Assembly (NCBI GenBank): GCA_002633005.1
Contig: NMRA01000289.1
Coordinates: 442,166-506,165, forward strand
DNA length: 64,000 nt
From: Phoronis australis
Taxonomy: Eukaryota > Animalia > Phoronida
Reading direction: 5' to 3'
The number at the start of each line of letters is the position of its first letter. The stretch's first letter is position 1. Position numbers and translations under genes: made by a program. The notes beneath the pieces are model-generated. The model saw only the letters and a program-made list of their open reading frames with translations, did no database searches and was not told the DNA's origin. Below are positions 62,017 to 64,000 of this stretch, piece after piece.

Positions 62017-62658
62017 GCCATGAGCGGCAAGGTGGGGGTTCAGCCGATTTTCACCAAATTTGGCACATAGGTAGTCCTATGTGATCTATACACAGCGGTA
62101 AAATGTTTCCTCAAAATATTACGTTTTTCTAAAGTTATAGGCTCGAACACATTTTACGGCTTCGCAGCCATGTTTTCACGGCATAAAAACTGTCCACTTT
62201 TAACTGTTCATATTTTTCCTTGAATAAAAGCTATTGATTTATTATTCAGTTGGCATTGTTTAGTGGTGCCTGTAGATTGTCAAAAAGATGTCTTGAAACA
62301 CGATTTCGATTTACCACCCTCATTTAGTAGTTTTACTACACTGCCCCCCGTTATGCCATTTTGAGGTTATGTTCTGTACACTGCTGTACCAAATCTGCCC
62401 CCACTGTTATGAGAATGAAACTTAGCCAAAATGTTGACAAAACATGTTAATTTCATTTCATAAAATAAAAACTTTGTCAGCCAGTTTTTTAGTTATACAT
62501 TTTGGTACCTCAAATGTACTAAATTGAGAAATTTTCATATATCTGAGATTGATGCGTGAGCACCGTAAAATCCGATTGTCCTTCATGTTTTTCGATATTT
62601 TGCAACAAGTTAGTTCCTCCTGAATGTTTTGAACGTTTTACTACTTACCACTTATGGC
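62017..62658. mobile_element. MITE with imperfect TIRs
   Basis: AGCCATGAGCGGCAAG versus reverse complement AGCCATAAGTGGTAAG (13/16). Confidence 0.45.
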
Positions 62659-64000
62659 TACAGTACTCCTAAATACCATACATGGCTCCATTTTGTAAAA
62701 AGCCGATTATGTCCTCCACAGTGAACAGGGTTAGACATGAACTCGACAAATGTAGGTTATTTTGATTTACAGTTGTTTTACTTTGCAATTTCCTCATGGG
62801 TATTTCTTCACAGATATTCAAGTCAGGTTTTCTGTTGATCAAATGTTCTTGCAATGCATTGTAATATCAAATGAATGATAAGTTTGGTTGCATGACCGCA
62901 ATTTTTCCCACAACTTAAAACAAAAGTCCCCAGAAAATTTCCTGATGAAATACCGGGTTTACAGTTCTCTAAAAACATTCGAATGACAAGACAAACTCCA
63001 CCACTGTCCGTAGCAACTCGTCGCATGTTTTTCGCCCATCGGTCCCATCATTGTTTTCCTTTGTTGTGTCATTGTTGGGTGTAACAACAGAGGTCGCATG
63101 GATATAGAACCTTGCGTACATCAGACCGTTGCCGATAAGTGCTCGTCATTATATCTTTATTATAACAACGGGAACAATGAAGATGCTAATCTATTGTTCT
63201 CTATGCGACCAGGTTTCCCATGGATGACCACAGAAGAGGAATACCAAAGTATCCACAGACAATGACCACGCACCTTAGTAACTATTACCGCGCACACGAA
63301 TCCTTTCCGTGGAACCTAAACAGCAATTTTTTTAATCCGTGTATTGTGTTGTATTGCTCATGGTACGGGTTCAGACTCTGTTGTATTAAGATTCCAATCC
63401 CCAACCCTGTATTATGTAGTTTGAGTAAAATTTCTAGACAATGCAGGTTTATGGATTTATTCTCCTTCAAATGAAGAGTGAAAATCAAATTCTACACAGT
63501 TTTTTTAAAAGTAATCACTTATTGGAAGATCACACATCTAAAAATAAAACAATGTTTGACAATTTTATTCATTATCTTATTTGAAAAATGCCTACCTCCC
63601 AGACAACTCATCTAAGTTGAAAATATTCCTTGTGAAAAAATATAAAATACCAACTAGAGACTTTTGTACTACAAAATATGTTTTCGCAATACACTGCAAA
63701 AATAACTGTACAGTCAAAAGTGCAAATGTTATGACTCTTATAAAAAATGGCCTTCTAGATCTTTTCAACACTCTAATTGCTACAGGACAGAGTCAACCAC
63801 ACAAAGCTCATGAAGTCAGGGAATTACATTTAAGGTGATGTAGTCTCATTGCGAAAAAGTGATTTCGCAATATCGCTGACAACACTGGAAATCTCTTCTT
63901 CACAAACTTGAGGTAGCTGTATTTACCACATCAATGTTCTTATCAAAACTAACCACCACAAAATTGGCTTGTCGGTTCCAATTAGGCAGCATTTTACAAT

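Noticed and set aside
62669-63110. Possible degenerate DNA-transposase stub (-) and THAP-like start CVIVGCNNR (+)
   Set aside because: Too fragmentary to call without a profile search; no element ends identified

Overview
AT-rich, intron-rich animal genomic DNA from a draft assembly (N gaps at 43373-43404 and 55451-56415). It looks like a marine invertebrate, but the species cannot be determined from the sequence. Three complete spliced genes can be reconstructed by hand. (1) On +, a 300-aa transcription elongation factor TFIIS/TCEA (8 exons, 1390-12047) whose intron 5 has U12 (minor spliceosome) signals. (2,3) On -, two tandem paralogous Toll-like receptors, here called TLR-A (32941-18101) and TLR-B (57968-44945). 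Each has 7 coding exons, 878 aa and the layout signal peptide-LRRNT-LRRs-single LRRCT-TM-TIR-tail. The rest is a mosaic of mobile DNA: RTEX- and CR1-like LINE fragments, Penelope fragments, Kolobok-type THAP elements, a solo LTR, MITEs, a foldback element and a Helentron-associated (HINE-like) element with internal satellite repeats. The most notable observations are: a mid-ectodomain loop that carries a polybasic furin-type site in TLR-A but is acidic in TLR-B; a solo LTR packed with heat-shock elements upstream of and co-oriented with TLR-A; an array of CTCF-like motifs inside the TFIIS U12 intron; and a LINE whose target-site duplication copied a TLR-B splice donor. All calls come from manual reading and translation; no database searches were run.
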